DNA of 64,000 bases from Bugula neritina (taxonomy: Eukaryota > Animalia > Bryozoa), in assembly GCA_964035545.1 (NCBI GenBank), contig OZ037769.1, forward strand, positions 16,708,633 through 16,772,632, written 5' to 3'. This document shows positions 57,888-64,000 of this stretch, in pieces (position 1 is the stretch's first letter; every line of letters begins with the position of its first letter). The notes beneath the pieces are model-generated. The model was not told the origin of the DNA. It saw only the letters and a program-made list of their open reading frames with translations, and did no database searches. The position numbers and the translations under genes were made by a program.

Positions 57888-58400
57888 CTAGTAGTAGTAC
57901 ACTAGACGTAGTACTACTACTAGTACTAGACTACTAGTAGTACTAGTAGTAGTAGTGGTAATAGTAGTACTGTAATACTAGTAGTAGTACTAGTACTAGC
58001 AGTAGCTAGTACTACTAGTACTGTAGTAGTAGTAGCAGTAGTAGTACTAGCAGTAGCTAGTACTACTAGTACTAGTAGTACTAGTAGTAGTAGTACTACT
58101 ACGTAGTAGTAGTGGTAGTACTAGTAGTACTGTAATACTATTACTAGTAGTAGTAGTACTAATAGTATTAGTAGTACTACTAATAGTATCTGTATTAACA
58201 GGTTTAGCTATAAGACTAAGTAGTATTACTATTGCTATTAGGCCTACTATGTTACTATTGTATTACATTTTGATTTACTATGCTATTAGTATTACTATTG
58301 CCTATTAGTATTACTATTAGTATTAGTAATACTAATGCTAATAGTATTAGTAATACTATGACTATTACTATTAGTATTCGTATTAGTAATAATTATAATA
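57888..58400. repeat. Low-complexity (TAG/TAC/TAT)n repeat tract
   Basis: Interleaved agt/act trinucleotide runs. Confidence 0.85.
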
Positions 58401-59409
58401 ATTCTATAAGTATAAATTAGAATATAATCTAAAACTGTATAATACTAATATATCAATATTAATATTAATTGAGATAATTGTTTAATAGTCTTGGCAAATG
58501 ATAATGATAATTACTGAAAGATAATTTCAATCTGGATGCTTCATCATTGGGGGAGTTAATTCGAGAGGTTTGGCTCTATATCTTAGTGTTTTTTCCTAAA
58601 CATGATTGTAATCTATAATTATTACCACTGTGACCTTAGCTCACATTTTGAACTATTTGTGATGATTTTTAATTGTATAATTTGATGTATGAAAGTGTAA
58701 CTAAAAGTTAATATACTGTCCTTAACTAGTATTTCTGTTGAATTTCACAGAAAGCATATCAGTGCTTTAAGGGGTGACAATCAGGGAACTTGCTAGTTAG
58801 ATATCTGTTTAATGATCATATGCTATTAAATGTAAATTTTTCATAATAATCAGAGCGTTGATCTATTTGTGTAGTTTGATTTCCTCACCATGAAATGTAC
58901 ATATAGTTGAGGTATCCACTTGTCAGACATGCTAAGAAATCTGAGGTGTGTCAAAGTTGAATCATGATTGAGTTGAATTTGATAATTTTACTGTTAGAGT
59001 TAATCACATTAGACTTAGTGAGAGAAGCAACACAACATACAAGATGGAAGAACGAAGAGTAAATGTTTAAAATATATTTGATATAGATGGCATAATTCCA
59101 ATTTCGCTTTATAAACTGAGTAATAAACAAAACTAAAGACTAGAGTGTGCAGCATTCACATTATGGTGTTGATATGTTTATCAGTCATAGTAATTTATTA
59201 TAACTAGAATTAAAAAGAAGTTCTAATGCAATGCGATTGTAATGAAGTTGTTTTGCTGCATCAGTGCATAGACTATGTGCATGCAAGTCAAGATAAACAT
59301 TTTTTATTTAATGACTTGTAATTTTCTATCATGCATTGTCTGTTTTTAGTTCTCTTCTGTTTCGTAATAGTGATTTCCATACATTGAGAAAAGCAAGATT
59401 CATTGTTTA

Positions 59410-59700
59410 GAAGTAGTATTGCTAGTTGTTATAATTAAACTGAGTACCTCACTTCAGATGCAGTGAATTACTAGCCATGTAGATAATGTTTATCAAATTG
59501 ATTGTTTACATATTTATTATTCAGAAGTGATTTAACTAGTTGTTGTACTCATAACTTAACTGAAACTAGAGTACCAGTACAGTGGGTTACTAGAAGTAGT
59601 ATTGCTAGTTGTTATAATTAGACTGAGTACCTCACTTCAGATGCAGTGAATTACTAGCCATGTAAATAATGTTTATCAGATTGATTGTTTACACATTTAT
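59410..59700. repeat. ~110-bp direct repeat (59410-59520 and 59590-59700)
   Basis: tagaagtagtattgctagttg...ttgattgtttaca occurs twice. Confidence 0.85.
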
Positions 59701-59928
59701 TTGCCCATCATTTGAATAAGGTGAAAGATTCCTTCAACTTCTGTCTGCCCCTTTTGTAGGACTCAGCGTTTGACAGCTATAAGTATGGACTAGTATATCA
59801 CATGCTGACATTGACCTACATTACAGTGTGACTAGGCTGACCTATATAGCTCGTCATCAGACCACCCAGCTTGCTGCCTGTGATGCCCACCCACATAGTA
59901 TTATACTCTGTAACCAACTCACTCCGCC

Positions 59929-63588
<3,660 letters not shown>

Positions 63589-63825
63589 TAGGTTTTGGTA
63601 TATTTTATTTTTTTGATTCATTGTGTAGAGTTTGCTAATCAGTTTTCCCCAACAGTTTGAAGATTCTTCATTACGGAATAGAGTAGTATAACAATGTGTA
63701 CACCAATATGTTGATTGGGAGGAATTACTTTCAATATTTCTAATATAGGCTCCAGATTACACAAGATATTTTGGCTTCCGTTCGTTCACTTCAAATGTTG
63801 CAATCCTAAACCGTCTCCCACTTCT

Positions 63826-64000
63826 CTTTATACTCAACTAGCTGCACTCTATGTAGATATATACTAGTATACTCTACAGTCTACTAGCTGTACTCTATGT
63901 AGATATATACTACTATACTCTACAGTCTACTAGCTGTGCTCTATGTAGATATATACTACTATACTCTACAGTCTACTAGCTGTACTCTATGTAGATATAT
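63826..64000. repeat. 46-bp minisatellite running off the window end
   Basis: Unit tactctacagtctactagctgtactctatgtagatatatactacta. Confidence 0.9.

Overview
AT-rich, intron-containing eukaryotic (invertebrate animal-like) genomic DNA; the species cannot be determined from the sequence. Left to right: (1) the 3' half of a MET/RON-like receptor tyrosine kinase gene (+, 799-3914). (2) A tandem segmental duplication (~3460-11663 / 11664-22329). Each unit holds a copy of the RTK last exon, a two-exon gene for an ~83-aa secreted/single-pass membrane micro-protein, and an orphan coiled-coil exon ending in a CaaX box; unit 2 also carries a 2.5-kb TA-flanked DNA transposon. (3) An 11-exon atlastin/GBP-family GTPase (-, 30993-22439, ~610 aa) with no transmembrane hairpin, an internally duplicated helical module and a CaaX end; the orphan exons are phase-compatible alternative last exons for it. 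(4) Several MITEs and SINE-like repeats. (5) A misato (MSTO1) gene (+, 38190-54392). Its first intron holds a very young full-length Ty3/gypsy element (identical 271-bp LTRs, CCAC TSD, tRNA-Leu PBS) carrying an extra non-env C2H2 zinc-finger/coiled-coil ORF and a Gag zinc knuckle that has lost all three Cys. Two misato splice junctions are amplified into minisatellites. (6) A LIAT1-like gene (-) and the 5' part of an AAK1/BMP2K kinase gene (+). Exon models were built by eye from GT-AG sites, phase and remembered family motifs; no database searches were run.
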